From NCBI GenBank assembly GCA_045114235.1, contig JBGUKB010000047.1, positions 1-54,719 of the forward strand: a DNA stretch of 54,719 nt, given 5' to 3'. Under the pieces are notes generated by a model, which was not told where the DNA came from, did no database searches, and was given only the letters and a program-made list of their open reading frames with translations. This DNA is from Victivallales bacterium. Its GTDB lineage: Bacteria; Verrucomicrobiota; Lentisphaeria; Victivallales; UBA1829. The translations under genes were made by a program, and so were the position numbers. Below are positions 43,777 through 54,103 of the stretch, piece after piece; the stretch's first letter is position 1; every line of letters begins with the position of its first letter.

Positions 43777-45822
43777 TTACTTCTTGATGAAGCGGAAGGA
43801 GAAGCCGCCGCGGCCGATCATGCGGACGGTGATGACGTCGCCGGCTTTGGCGGTGCCTTCGACGATGTCCCAGGCGCGCGGATCGTCGGGCTTCACGTCG
43901 CCGTTGACGAAGTAACTGGAATCGACGTCCTTGCCGTCCGCGATCTTGCGGAAGGAATAGGTGTCGCCCGCCTTACCGGGGACGGTGAACTTGACTTCCC
44001 GCGTCTCGTTCTTGCCGTTGATGCCGCCGACGTACCAGGTGTCGCCTTTGCGGCGGCCGAGGATCACGAAGTCGCCCGGTTCACCGCCGAGGTACTTGGT
44101 GTCGTCCCAGGTGGTCGGGAGGCCGGCGATGAAGTCCTTCACCTTTTCCGGGAGGGCGCGGAACGCGGACGGGCGGTCGGCCATGTGCTGGCAGGCGGAT
44201 TCGAAGACGACCGGGAGCGCGAGTTCATGCGCGTGGGAGGTGAGGTGCTTGTGCTGGGAATTGGTGAACGCGGTGGGGGTGTAGTCCATCGGGCCGACGA
44301 CGTTGCGCGTGAAGGGCAGCGTGGTGTTGTGTTCGGCGGCCGGTTCGGTCATCATCGGGTGGTTGTTGTACTGTTCCGCGCCCCAGACGCACTCCATGGA
44401 CATGAGGTTGGGGTAGGTGCGGGACCATCCGCGCGGGAGCGTGGAGCCGTGGAAGTTGACCATGATCTTGTGCGGCGCGGCGTCCTTCAGGATGTCGACG
44501 TAGTACTGCATCATGCTCTGCTTGTCGCTCTCGAAGAAGTCGATCTTCACGCCCTTGACGGTCTTTTCGGTGAGCCAGGCGAATTCCTTTTCGCGGGATT
44601 CATGGGTGTTGAAACGGTCGCGCGGGCCGCCGCCGACGTAGTTGTGCTTTCCGCCGGAGTTGTACCACAGCCACACGCCGACGCCTTTCTCCTTGGCGAG
44701 CTTGAGCGCGTCGTCGATGTTGCCGCCGTTGCCCATCACGTCCCATTCCCAGTCGATCAGGACGTTCGGCCACTTCATTTCGGAGGCGAGCAGGATGTAG
44801 TCCTTCACGATCTGGTAGTCCTTGCTGCCGTGGTTGTACGCCCAGTAGACCCAGGACGCCACGCCGGGGGTGATCCAGGAGACGTCGTCTACCGCGCATT
44901 CGGGCGCGAGGTCGTCGACGAGCGTGGATTCCACGATGTCGGCGAGCGTGCCGATCACGACGCAGCGCCACGGGGATTTCCACGGGAGCGTGGTCGTCGG
45001 GTTGACCGCGCCCTGGTTCGCGCCTTCGCCGGGATCCGGATAATGCGTGGTGAAGCTCACGCCCTTGTCGTCGACGGAGGACACCAGGTAGGTGCCGCAG
45101 TAGGTGCCGTCGAACCACGTCTCGGAGAGGAGGCCCCACGTGGACTTGTCGGCGGAGTTGAAGAGCAGAGGATAGTTCCAGTTCCGGTTCGCGCCGCCGC
45201 GTCCGCCGCGACCGCCGGGACCTCCGGGACCGCGCTGACCGCCCTGGCCGCCCTGCGGACCGCCGCGGAGCTGGTCCGCCGTGTAGGCGATGTAACGGTC
45301 TTCATAGCTGGTCACGCGGCGCTGCATGCGGAATCCGTCGGTCAGCGGGAACACGAACGACGTGGATTCGCCCTGGAATTCGACGTCGCCGGAGCCGCCG
45401 ACGCTGTAGCGGAACGCGAAGGAATCGCTGCCTGCGCGCACGATCACGCCGATCCGGTTCGTGCCTTCGCCGAAGACGAGCGTCTTCTCGTTCATGCGGA
45501 CGGTGCGTTCGGAGCGCTTGCCGTTCACCGCCGTGTACTTCTCGGTCACAGTCGTGACACTGTTGCCGGACGGGATCTGACCCGCGAGCTTCAGCTGCGA
45601 GAAATCGTACTCAGCCTTGTTCGACTTCAGGCCGAGGCGGACCTGGAAGACTTCCGACGCGTTGCGTTCCACGCGGAGCACGTTGCCTTCGTCGAGGTAC
45701 ACGCGGATCGTCTTGTCCGCGTCCGGCGAGGTCAGAAAGGGATCGGCGGCGGAGCAGAGTCCGGCGGCGATGAAGACCGCGGCGCAGGAGAGAGCCGCTT
45801 TCATGGAGAGAGAGAACTTCAT
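43777..45822 (-). CDS. Secreted glycoside hydrolase family 97 (retaining subtype likely)
   Basis: Signal peptide, AFRY, SPWR, SWITPG.ASW, GVKIDF (Asp nucleophile type), NFHG, RTYPN, E.V.G.E, LPFTRN..GPMDYTP. Confidence 0.92.
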   Translation of the reverse strand: MKFSLSMKAALSCAAVFIAAGLCSAADPFLTSPDADKTIRVYLDEGNVLRVERNASEVFQVRLGLKSNKAEYDFSQLKLAGQIPSGNSVTTVTEKYTAVNGKRSERTVRMNEKTLVFGEGTNRIGVIVRAGSDSFAFRYSVGGSGDVEFQGESTSFVFPLTDGFRMQRRVTSYEDRYIAYTADQLRGGPQGGQGGQRGPGGPGGRGGRGGANRNWNYPLLFNSADKSTWGLLSETWFDGTYCGTYLVSSVDDKGVSFTTHYPDPGEGANQGAVNPTTTLPWKSPWRCVVIGTLADIVESTLVDDLAPECAVDDVSWITPGVASWVYWAYNHGSKDYQIVKDYILLASEMKWPNVLIDWEWDVMGNGGNIDDALKLAKEKGVGVWLWYNSGGKHNYVGGGPRDRFNTHESREKEFAWLTEKTVKGVKIDFFESDKQSMMQYYVDILKDAAPHKIMVNFHGSTLPRGWSRTYPNLMSMECVWGAEQYNNHPMMTEPAAEHNTTLPFTRNVVGPMDYTPTAFTNSQHKHLTSHAHELALPVVFESACQHMADRPSAFRALPEKVKDFIAGLPTTWDDTKYLGGEPGDFVILGRRKGDTWYVGGINGKNETREVKFTVPGKAGDTYSFRKIADGKDVDSSYFVNGDVKPDDPRAWDIVEGTAKAGDVITVRMIGRGGFSFRFIKK

Positions 45823-46063
45823 GGTCTGGTTTCCTATGGATGAAGGTTAAAAGTCAGGTCGAAGATTCCGTTTCACTCTAAACATAGCACAAAATGACGG
45901 TTTTTCAACAGGATAAAACGCCTTTTCAACGTTATTTTTACGTTAAAAACGCGTGATGCGCCGCCGTCAGATTGAAACAATAAGCCATGAAAGCAGTCCG
46001 ACAGCCGCTTGCCCGGTTCGGCCGAAGCATGGTTCCGGTCTCCTTGGTGGTGTTTGATTCGGA

Positions 46064-46633
46064 TCAGAAACTGTAATCCGTGTAGGTCTTTTCGTAGCAG
46101 TAATCCCGGAACATCGGATCGTAGCTCCATGCCTTAGAATCGTTTCCACTGGCGATGCCGACGGAACCCTCGCCGCGGACGTACCATCCGGTATAAACAC
46201 TGTGGTTATCGACGCCGTCGCAGGCGACGGGGGACAACGCGGAGCTGCTGCCCTTGAGACCGTCGCACCAGTTGTAGGAAACATGGCCCGGAAGGCTTTG
46301 TCCCATTTTCGCGGCTTTGATGCGTTTGTTGCCGGGGCAGAGATAGTACTCCGGGGGGCACAGCAGGTCCGCTTCGCGGAGGAGTTCGAGACTTCTGCCG
46401 CTTTCGGCATCCAGCCATTTCGGCGCGCTGATTTTGCTGGATGTGGTCGGATACCAGTCGTCATAGCTCAGGGAATACTGAAAAAAAGCCTTGCCGATCT
46501 GGGCAAGATGACTGACGCAGTCCGCCTGTATGGCTTTTCCCGACGGCCTCCCAATGTTGAGCACGGTATGCAGCGTAAATGCGAGCAGGGCGGCGGTCGC
46601 GATCGCGATGAAGAGCTCGTTTCGATTCTTCAT
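46064..46633 (-). CDS. Degenerate prepilin/DUF1559-like (PVC-type) exported protein
   Basis: E-L-F-I-A-I hydrophobic N-terminus, C.SHL.QIG.A..QY...Y.DW.P, LCP, and H-x10-EG (degenerate H-X9-DG). AAGGA RBS. Confidence 0.7.
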   Translation of the reverse strand: MKNRNELFIAIATAALLAFTLHTVLNIGRPSGKAIQADCVSHLAQIGKAFFQYSLSYDDWYPTTSSKISAPKWLDAESGRSLELLREADLLCPPEYYLCPGNKRIKAAKMGQSLPGHVSYNWCDGLKGSSSALSPVACDGVDNHSVYTGWYVRGEGSVGIASGNDSKAWSYDPMFRDYCYEKTYTDYSF

Positions 46634-46972
46634 GAGTGAGTCCTTTCAAGGATGGCGAGGGAAAAGGATATGATGTCGTGATTCGGAAAACATCGGTCAC
46701 GAACACCCTCAACGACAACGAGCGGCATTCGTTCCACCTCTACTTTAGCACCCGTTCCCGGAAAAGTCAAGCCAGGTTCTTACATAATTGAGTCTTTCGC
46801 AACGCAAAACAGGATGTTGTCGGGCAGAGAGGCCCGACCGCCAGTTCACAATGCTGATTTTAAACTGGTCAAAATCGACCGGTTAAAAGAAGTCGAGCTG
46901 TTTATTTGAGTTTGAGACGGTCAGCCTCCGCACTCATCCCCCGGATTGCGGCGTCGGCTTCGTTTTTCCGCG

Positions 46973-47290
46973 TCAGGATTCCGCGTCCTCGTCCATGGTT
47001 TCCAGGAGGAAGCTGACGGGGCGGAATCCGTCGTTGCAGGAGATCATGGCGGATTTCGGATTCTTCATCCAGCCGTCGTAGAAATTTTCGCCGCCGTGCG
47101 CGAGCGCGAGGACGAACGGGGAAACGGTGTCCCAGGCGCTGTCGCAGAAGCCTTCGGGGCGCGCCCAGCCGTTGCAGACGAAGACCTGGCCCAGCTTCAT
47201 GCCGCAGGCGTGTTCGATCGGGTTTTCGTACTGCGCGATCAGGTCGTCGTGACGGACGATCTTCCTGACCGTGATGCGGACTCTTTTCAT
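46973..47290 (-). CDS. Conserved small Cys-containing protein (TIGR04076-like)
   Basis: MKRVRITV, C...GQVF, PEGFCDSAW, ISCNDGFRPVSFLLE. Confidence 0.8.
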   Translation of the reverse strand: MKRVRITVRKIVRHDDLIAQYENPIEHACGMKLGQVFVCNGWARPEGFCDSAWDTVSPFVLALAHGGENFYDGWMKNPKSAMISCNDGFRPVSFLLETMDEDAES

Positions 47291-47296
47291 CCCGGC

Positions 47297-48424
47297 TTAC
47301 GCCTTCACCGTGTCGGCGATGACGCCGCAGATGCGGTCGATGTCCTCGGCTTTCAGGTAGGGGTGCATCGGCAGGGCGAAGATGTCGGCGGCGCACGCCT
47401 CGGAGACGGGCATGTCGCCCTTTTTGTAGCCGAGGTATTCGGTCGCGCCGAGCAGGTGCATCGGGATCGGGTAGTAACGCGCGGTCGGGACGTCGGCGGC
47501 CTTCAGGGCGGCCTGGATCTCGGCGAACTTCGGGGAACGCGGGCAGAACTGTGCGTAGACGGAGACGCAGCCTTCGGGGATGGTCTGGACGGAGACGAGG
47601 CCCTTCAGGCCGGCGCGGTAGCGGTCCGCCACGACCTGACGCATTTCGACTTCGCCGGGGAAGAGTTTGAGCTTGGCGAGGAGGACCGCCGCCTGGATCG
47701 TGTCGCAGCGGGCGTTCAGGCCCAGGCGCACGTTGTTGTAACGGTCCTCGGCGCTGCGGCCGTGGACGAGGATGGAGTACAGCTTGTCGTACAGGTCGTC
47801 GTCGTCCGTGAAGACCGCGCCGCCGTCGCCGTAGCAGCCGAGCGGCTTGGCGGGGAAGAAGCTGGTGCAGCCGATGGTGCCGAGCGAGGGGGCGCGCTTG
47901 CCGCTTGGGTCGACCGCGCCGAACGCCTGGCAGGCGTCCTCGATGATGGCGAGTCCGTGGGCGTCGGCGAGCGGCTTGATCGCCTTGTAGTCGGCGGTGA
48001 GGCCGAAGAGGTCGACGGGGATGATGGCCTTCGGTTTGAGCTTGCCTTCGCGTTCGACCTTCAGGATGGCTTCCTCGAGCTTCACCGGGTCGATGTTGTA
48101 CGTGCCTTCGTCGATGTCCGCGAAGACCGGAGTCGCTCCGACGAGCGCGATCGTCTCGACCGTGGCGAAGAACGTGAACGGCGTGGTGAAAACGGCGTCG
48201 CCGGGGCCGATGCCGAGCGCCATCAGCGCCATCAGCAGGGCATCCGTGCCGCTCGAACACGCCAGCGCATGCTTCACGCCTACGTATTCGGCGAGCTGTT
48301 TTTCCAGCTCGTTGATCTCGGCGCCGAGGATGTAGTGTCCGCTCTCCAGCACGCGGTCGATCCCTGCATGAATTTCGTCGCGGATCAGGCTGTATTGATA
48401 CTTCAGGTCAATGAACGGCAGCAT
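47297..48424 (-). CDS. DegT/DnrJ/EryC1/StrS PLP-dependent sugar aminotransferase (WbpE-like)
   Basis: FIDLK.QY, CSSGTDAL, PFTFFAT, PVDLFG, EDACQAFG, SFFPAKPLGCYGDGG. Start ATG 48424. Confidence 0.93.
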   Translation of the reverse strand: MLPFIDLKYQYSLIRDEIHAGIDRVLESGHYILGAEINELEKQLAEYVGVKHALACSSGTDALLMALMALGIGPGDAVFTTPFTFFATVETIALVGATPVFADIDEGTYNIDPVKLEEAILKVEREGKLKPKAIIPVDLFGLTADYKAIKPLADAHGLAIIEDACQAFGAVDPSGKRAPSLGTIGCTSFFPAKPLGCYGDGGAVFTDDDDLYDKLYSILVHGRSAEDRYNNVRLGLNARCDTIQAAVLLAKLKLFPGEVEMRQVVADRYRAGLKGLVSVQTIPEGCVSVYAQFCPRSPKFAEIQAALKAADVPTARYYPIPMHLLGATEYLGYKKGDMPVSEACAADIFALPMHPYLKAEDIDRICGVIADTVKA

Positions 48425-48736
48425 AGTCGGCACCTCCGGGGTTGAATTGTTCTCTAATAATATACACCCCGAACCCGTGAAAAACAAGCTCCGGCGCAAG
48501 GAAAACGACACACAAGCCGTAGAGATTTTGCCGGCAAGCGACATCAAAAACAAACACACCCCCGAACCGGGAAAAAACGAGAAAAGACCTGCTTTCGACT
48601 TGCTTTCCTGCTTGCGCGGGTATATATTACAAAACAGATTTACCATAACAACCTACCTTCAGCACGACCTCTTTTGAGTGAGACCATCCGTAACGGCAGT
48701 CTCGCATTGCACGCAAAAACAGAAGAATATCACGAC

Positions 48737-49921
48737 ATGAAAATCGCAGTAGCAGGAACAGGATACGTCGGACTTTCCATGGCAGTGCTGCTTTCCCAGC
48801 ACAATACGGTCAAAGCCGTCGACATCATTCAGGAAAAGGTCGACATGATCAATGCCGGGAAATCACCGATCATCGACAAGGAGATCCAGGAGTATCTTTC
48901 CACAAAAAAACTCGACCTGGAAGCCACGACGGACGGAAACAGCGCTTATCAGGATGCGGAATTCGTCATCATTTCGACCCCGACCAATTACGATCCGAAG
49001 CTCAACTACTTCGACACCTCGAGCGTGGAGTCCGTCATTCAGCAGGTCATTTCGGTCAATCCCGACGCCGTCATGATCATCAAAAGCACGGTCCCGGTCG
49101 GCTTCACGGAGAGCGTCCGGGAGAAGTATTGCTGCGACAACATCCTGTTCAGCCCGGAGTTTCTCCGGGAAGGCCGGGCGCTTTACGACAACCTGTATCC
49201 GAGCAGGATCATTGTCGGGACTCCGGTCCGCAACGCCCGTCTGCACAAGGCCGCCGAGACGTTCGCCAATCTCCTGAAGGACGCCGCGCTCAAGGAAAAC
49301 ATCGAGATCCGCATCATGAATCCGACCGAGGCCGAGGCGGTCAAGCTTTTTGCCAATACCTACCTCGCTCTGCGCGTCAGCTTCTTCAATGAGCTTGACA
49401 CGTATGCCGCGGTCCGCGGGCTGGATTCGAGGTCGATCATCGAAGGCGTCTGCCTGGATCCGAGGATCGGGGACCATTACAACAATCCGTCCTACGGCTA
49501 CGGCGGATATTGCCTGCCCAAAGACACGAAACAGCTTCTGGCGAATTACAACAACGTCCCGCAGAACATCATCTCCGCCATCGTCGCCGCGAACAGCACC
49601 AGAAAAGACTTCATCGCGGAACAGATTCTGGACAAGAATCCCAAAGTCGTCGGCATCTACCGCCTGACGATGAAAGCCGGATCCGACAATTTCAGGCAGT
49701 CGTCCATTCAGGGCGTCATGAAGCGCCTGAAAGCCAAAGGAATCGAACTCATCATCTACGAACCGAGCATGAAGGAGGATTTGTTCTTCAACAGCCGCGT
49801 CGTCCGCGATTTGAACGCCTTCAAGGAACAAAGCGACATCATCCTGGCAAACCGCTGGAGCGAAGACCTGAAAGACGTCGCGGAAAAAGTTTATACCCGT
49901 GATCTTTTCAGGGTCGATTGA
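48737..49921 (+). CDS. ugd: UDP-glucose 6-dehydrogenase
   Basis: [52 protein letters not shown]. Start ATG 48737. Confidence 0.96.
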   Translation: MKIAVAGTGYVGLSMAVLLSQHNTVKAVDIIQEKVDMINAGKSPIIDKEIQEYLSTKKLDLEATTDGNSAYQDAEFVIISTPTNYDPKLNYFDTSSVESVIQQVISVNPDAVMIIKSTVPVGFTESVREKYCCDNILFSPEFLREGRALYDNLYPSRIIVGTPVRNARLHKAAETFANLLKDAALKENIEIRIMNPTEAEAVKLFANTYLALRVSFFNELDTYAAVRGLDSRSIIEGVCLDPRIGDHYNNPSYGYGGYCLPKDTKQLLANYNNVPQNIISAIVAANSTRKDFIAEQILDKNPKVVGIYRLTMKAGSDNFRQSSIQGVMKRLKAKGIELIIYEPSMKEDLFFNSRVVRDLNAFKEQSDIILANRWSEDLKDVAEKVYTRDLFRVD

Positions 49922-49933
49922 GAGGACATACCC

Positions 49934-50935
49934 ATGATCATCCGTGAAAAAGCATATCCGCGCGCCGCGCTCATCGGCAATCCCTCCGACGGGTATTTCG
50001 GCAAGACCATCGCGTTTGTGTTCCGCAACTACAGCGCCGAGGTCACGCTGTATGAGTCGCCCTGCCTCGAGATCCTGCCGTCCGTGCTGGACTACAACAC
50101 CTACGAGAACATGGCCGACCTCGCGGGCAGCATCACGAAGTTCGGCTACTACGGCGGTATCCGCCTGCTCAAAGCCTGCGTGAAGACGTTCTACACCTAC
50201 TGCATGAAGGAACACATCGCGCTTTCCAACGACAATTTCACGCTGCGCTACCAGTCGGACATCCCGAACCGCCTCGGCATGGCGGGATCGTCCGCGATCA
50301 TCACCGCCACCATGCGCGCCATGATCCGCTTCTTCCGGATCGAAATCCCGAAGCCGGTCCTCGCAAACCTCGTGCTGTCCGTCGAGCTCGACGAACTCGG
50401 CATCAAGGCGGGGCTTCAGGATCGCGTGGCGCAGGTCTACGAAACGCCGGTCTACATGGACTTCAACAAAGAGCACATGGAAAAGTTCGGCTACGGCATC
50501 TACGAGCCGATCGACATCCCGGACGACCTGCCGCTTTTCATCGCCTACCGTACCGACCTCGCCGAGGGCTCCGAAATCCTTCACAGCCGCCTCGCACTCG
50601 ACTACGAAGCGGGCGTGCCGGAAGTCCACGCCGCCGTCCGCGAATGGGCAGAGCTGACCGACAAGGTCCGCGATGCGCTCGCCTCGCATCAATACGATCT
50701 CCTACCTGCGCTGCTCGACCGCAATTTCGATCTCCGCTGCGAGGTCTGCGGATCGTCCGTGAGCACGAAAAACCGCCGCATGGTGCAGATCGCCCGCCAG
50801 TTCGGAGCATCCGCAAAGTTCACGGGATCCGGCGGCGCCATCATCGGCACCTGCCGCGCCGACACGTTCGACGACATGCGCCGCGAACTGAAAAAATACG
50901 ATGTCGAGGTCATCAAACCGGAGATCGTGCGGTAA
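49934..50935 (+). CDS. GHMP kinase, plant glucuronokinase-like
   Basis: R..LIGNPSD.YFG.TI, GYYGGIRLL, IP..LGMAGSSAI, ELGI.AGLQDRVAQVY, MDF.KEHM, SAKFTGSGGA. Confidence 0.85.
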   Translation: MIIREKAYPRAALIGNPSDGYFGKTIAFVFRNYSAEVTLYESPCLEILPSVLDYNTYENMADLAGSITKFGYYGGIRLLKACVKTFYTYCMKEHIALSNDNFTLRYQSDIPNRLGMAGSSAIITATMRAMIRFFRIEIPKPVLANLVLSVELDELGIKAGLQDRVAQVYETPVYMDFNKEHMEKFGYGIYEPIDIPDDLPLFIAYRTDLAEGSEILHSRLALDYEAGVPEVHAAVREWAELTDKVRDALASHQYDLLPALLDRNFDLRCEVCGSSVSTKNRRMVQIARQFGASAKFTGSGGAIIGTCRADTFDDMRRELKKYDVEVIKPEIVR

Positions 50936-50979
50936 CGTATCCTTCACGCGCCAACAAAGGAACGAATAGGAGCTTTTAG

Positions 50980-51981
50980 ATGAAAATTCTCGTAACGGGT
51001 ACAGCTGGTTTTATCGGATTTCACACGTTTCTGGCGCTGCGTGCGGCCGGACACGATGTCCTGGGCGTCGACAACCTCAACTCCTACAACGACGTCCGCC
51101 TGAAGTTGGCGCGCCTCAGGCTGAGCGGATTCGACATCGACGAGATCCTGCTGGACCAGGTCATCGAGAGCAAACAGGGCGGCCGCTTTGCGAAATTCGA
51201 CCTCGCCGACCGGGATGAACTCCAGAAGATTTTCGCAAACGAGAAATTCGATGCCGTCTGCCATCTTGCTGCCCAGCCGGGCGTGCGCTACAGCCTCGAA
51301 AATCCATATGCCTACATCGACTCCAACATCGTGGCATTCCTGAACGTGCTGGAATGCTGCCGGCATTACGATGTGCCGCACCTCGTTTACGCATCAAGTT
51401 CGAGCGTGTACGGCAACACGAAGCAGGTGCCGTTCACCACCGACGATCCGGTCAACGAACCGATCAGCCTGTACGCCGCGACCAAAAAGAGCGACGAGCT
51501 GATGGCGTACTGCTACGGGCACCTTTACCATTTCGCCACGACCGGACTGCGCTTCTTCACTGTCTACGGCCCGTGGGGACGCGTCGACATGGCGATGTTC
51601 AAGTTCACAAAGGCGATCCTGGAAGGGAAGCCTATCGACGTATACAACCACGGCAACCTGTCCCGCGACTTCACCTACATCGACGACATCGTCGAGGGCG
51701 TCAAACGCATCGTCACGAAGCCCCCGGAAAAGCCGGAATACCGCCTCTACAATATCGGGCACGGCAGCCCGGTCCAGTTGCTGGATTTCATCCGCGCCAT
51801 CGAAAAAGTCACCGGCAAGAAAGCCATCCTGAACATGAAGGAAATGCAGAAGGGCGACGTCGTGACGACCTGGGCGGACACATCCGCGCTGGAGCGGGAT
51901 TACGGCTACTGCCCGAAAGTCGGCATCGAGGAAGGCGTCGAAAAGTTCGTGAAGTGGTACCGCGAGTTCTATGCCTGCTGA
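50980..51981 (+). CDS. UDP-glucuronate 4-epimerase (extended SDR)
   Basis: VTGTAGFIG, HLAAQPGVRYS, ASSSSVYG, YAATK, LRFFTVYGPWGR.DMA, RDFTYIDD. Confidence 0.92.
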   Translation: MKILVTGTAGFIGFHTFLALRAAGHDVLGVDNLNSYNDVRLKLARLRLSGFDIDEILLDQVIESKQGGRFAKFDLADRDELQKIFANEKFDAVCHLAAQPGVRYSLENPYAYIDSNIVAFLNVLECCRHYDVPHLVYASSSSVYGNTKQVPFTTDDPVNEPISLYAATKKSDELMAYCYGHLYHFATTGLRFFTVYGPWGRVDMAMFKFTKAILEGKPIDVYNHGNLSRDFTYIDDIVEGVKRIVTKPPEKPEYRLYNIGHGSPVQLLDFIRAIEKVTGKKAILNMKEMQKGDVVTTWADTSALERDYGYCPKVGIEEGVEKFVKWYREFYAC

Positions 51982-52107
51982 AAAACGGCCTTGACCAACC
52001 ATTTCTGGCATACTCCCGGCAGCGGCGTTTTTTGAAGACCGGCACGCCGGTTATCAAATAGTCTCTTGTCCGAGCATAACCGCCACGCTCAAATTTTAAA
52101 ATAAAAA

Positions 52108-52183
52108 TGGCATCCCCAATGGGATTCGAACCCATGTTACCAGGATGAGAACCTGATGTCCTAGGCCTCTAGACGATGGGGAC
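52108..52183 (-). tRNA. tRNA-Glu (CTC)
   Basis: GTCCCCATCGTCTAGAGGCCTAGGAC, anticodon loop TTCTCAT, ATGGG-TTCGAAT-CCCAT, G73 and encoded CCA. Promoter TTGCAT-17-TATAGT at 52205-52233. Confidence 0.95.
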
Positions 52184-52597
52184 GCACCGGAAGAAACATC
52201 TTTTACTATACACCGGATATGGAAGAAATGCAAGCGTCCCGGCCACTTTTTTCAAAAAAAAGCCCGGATCCGACGATCGCAAAAGGAAACGCAACGGCAA
52301 AAGGGGGAATCGTGTTGCGTTCAGTCCTAAAAAAAAGAGAACATTTAGCCTTATTTCAACGGTTACGGCTTTCTGCTCGCGTCCGTCGTCCGGCATTGAC
52401 GGCAAACGCTCTTCCTCCTCAAAAACCTAAGCCCTGCGCTTGCTTTTACGATTGATGCGTTTTTCGAGCATGTTTCTCCAAAATCGGATGATTCTTCCGT
52501 TTTCCGCTAAGATTTCGTATCTGTCGAGCGTCTAATTCATAAACGAAACGCTTCCGCAGCCGTTACGGGAGCACGCACTAACAGGAGTTTTCTCTTC

Positions 52598-53125
52598 ATG
52601 AACGATTCAAAAACATGGATGAAAGTCATCCTCATCATCGTACTGCTTCTTATCGTCCTGCCGCTGGCGATCCTCATTCTCGCTCAGTTCGCGCCGCCGG
52701 AGGAAGCTCCGGCCCAGGATGAAACTGTCACAGCTGAGGCGTCAGACGGAAAGACTGCCGCACGCCAGGAACGCCATGCGAGGCGGGAGAACCGTGCAGT
52801 CAGGCAGGAAACAATGAACTCGGAAGCGGAGCAAACTCAAATCTTCGAGGAAGTCGGCGCGATCAGCCCCTATGCAACGAGGTCGAAGCAGGCGACGCCT
52901 TATCCGCCCGGCACGGTCCCCGGAGATTCCGGTGTAGTGGTCCAGTATGCCGGTTCGCCGGACGATATGGCGAGCGGACCTCAGCCGCCTCAGGACGATC
53001 TCTGGGGCGGGAGAACCATGCCGCCGATTCCGCCTGAGAACATGAGGGGGATCGGCGGAGTGAGACGCATTGACCCCAACGATCCGTTCTTTCAGCAGGA
53101 CATTCCGAACCCGTTCGCCGATTGA
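52598..53125 (+). CDS. Hypothetical membrane-anchored Pro-rich protein
   Basis: AGGAG RBS, one N-terminal TM helix, disordered acidic/Pro-rich remainder. Confidence 0.75.
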   Translation: MNDSKTWMKVILIIVLLLIVLPLAILILAQFAPPEEAPAQDETVTAEASDGKTAARQERHARRENRAVRQETMNSEAEQTQIFEEVGAISPYATRSKQATPYPPGTVPGDSGVVVQYAGSPDDMASGPQPPQDDLWGGRTMPPIPPENMRGIGGVRRIDPNDPFFQQDIPNPFAD

Positions 53126-53235
53126 TCGCGACACGGAAAGGCCCGTCGAAGCGCCTGTCAAGGCGTCCGTCAATCTTTTTTCGGTCTTTTTTGAGCTCAG
53201 ACGAAACTTTTTTCGAAAAAATTTTAAAAATCAAT

Positions 53236-53264
53236 TTGACATTACGAATATTTCGGAGTATAGT
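53236..53264 (+). promoter_or_regulatory. Near-consensus sigma70 promoter
   Basis: TTGACA-17-TATAGT with an AT-rich upstream element. Confidence 0.75.
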
Positions 53265-53332
53265 ATTATCAGCAAGTCAAGAACAATCCGTTCCGGACTG
53301 AAAACCAAACCTCTCATCCAGAAGGAGACAGA

Positions 53333-54070
53333 ACTAAGAAGACCATCAATAAGACGATCGTCATCGGCGCCGCTCTCACTGCGGCGGTCATCCTCGCTCC
53401 GGCTACCACCTTCGCTCGGGATCACCACGAACCCCGTCCGGCCAACGGCATCCAGCTTGCGGCCGACATCGTGAACCTGGTCCGCGCGGTCGTCGAGCCG
53501 CGTCCGGCCCCGGTCGTCGTGGAAACGGCGCCGACGGTCGTTGAGAAGACGGTCGTCGTGGAGACCAAGCCGGTCGTCGTCGCCACCACGCAGAAGGTCG
53601 TCACGGCCGCGCCCGGCACGGTCATCGTGACAGGAGCCGAAGAGGTCACCATCCCGGAATACAGCTACATCCTTTACGAGGATGAATACATCCCGCATTA
53701 CGAGGGCTGGCTCTTCTACCGCGACGAATGGCACTGGGTCGGAGCGGAACACCGTCCGGCGGCTCCGCCGAGGTGGACGCCTCCGCCGCGCCATCAGGAC
53801 CACAAGCCGCACAAGGTCATCGTCCTCCCCGAAAAGCATCATGCTCCTGCGCCTGCGGCGGCGCATCGCCATGAAGAACCGCGCCATGCCCCCGCGCCCG
53901 CGGTCCGGCACGAAGACCCCCGCCGCGAACCCGCACACACAATAATCGTCCGTCCGGACAAGAAGGACGCGCCTCGCGGCGAAACGCCGAAGGCCGCCCG
54001 CCCGGACAAGAAGGACGCGGATCACGGCGCCCCCCGGAAACACGATGCTCCGCCCGCCGGGAAACGTTGA
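53333..54070 (+). CDS. Secreted Val/Pro/His-rich protein; expected start codon position reads ACT
   Basis: The frame of the 53471 ORF extends upstream as (ACT)KKTINKTIVIGAALTAAVILAPATTFA-RDHHEPRPANGIQLAADIVNLVR. AAGGAG RBS at 53322-53327. Confidence 0.65.
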   Translation, partial: TKKTINKTIVIGAALTAAVILAPATTFARDHHEPRPANGIQLAADIVNLVRAVVEPRPAPVVVETAPTVVEKTVVVETKPVVVATTQKVVTAAPGTVIVTGAEEVTIPEYSYILYEDEYIPHYEGWLFYRDEWHWVGAEHRPAAPPRWTPPPRHQDHKPHKVIVLPEKHHAPAPAAAHRHEEPRHAPAPAVRHEDPRREPAHTIIVRPDKKDAPRGETPKAARPDKKDADHGAPRKHDAPPAGKR

Positions 54071-54103
54071 CAGCGCAGGCTGATTACCGATAGCACCTCC
54101 AGG

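Noticed and set aside
20530-52183. tRNA-anchored integrative element
   Set aside because: No integrase and no duplicated tRNA 3' end was seen next to either tRNA.
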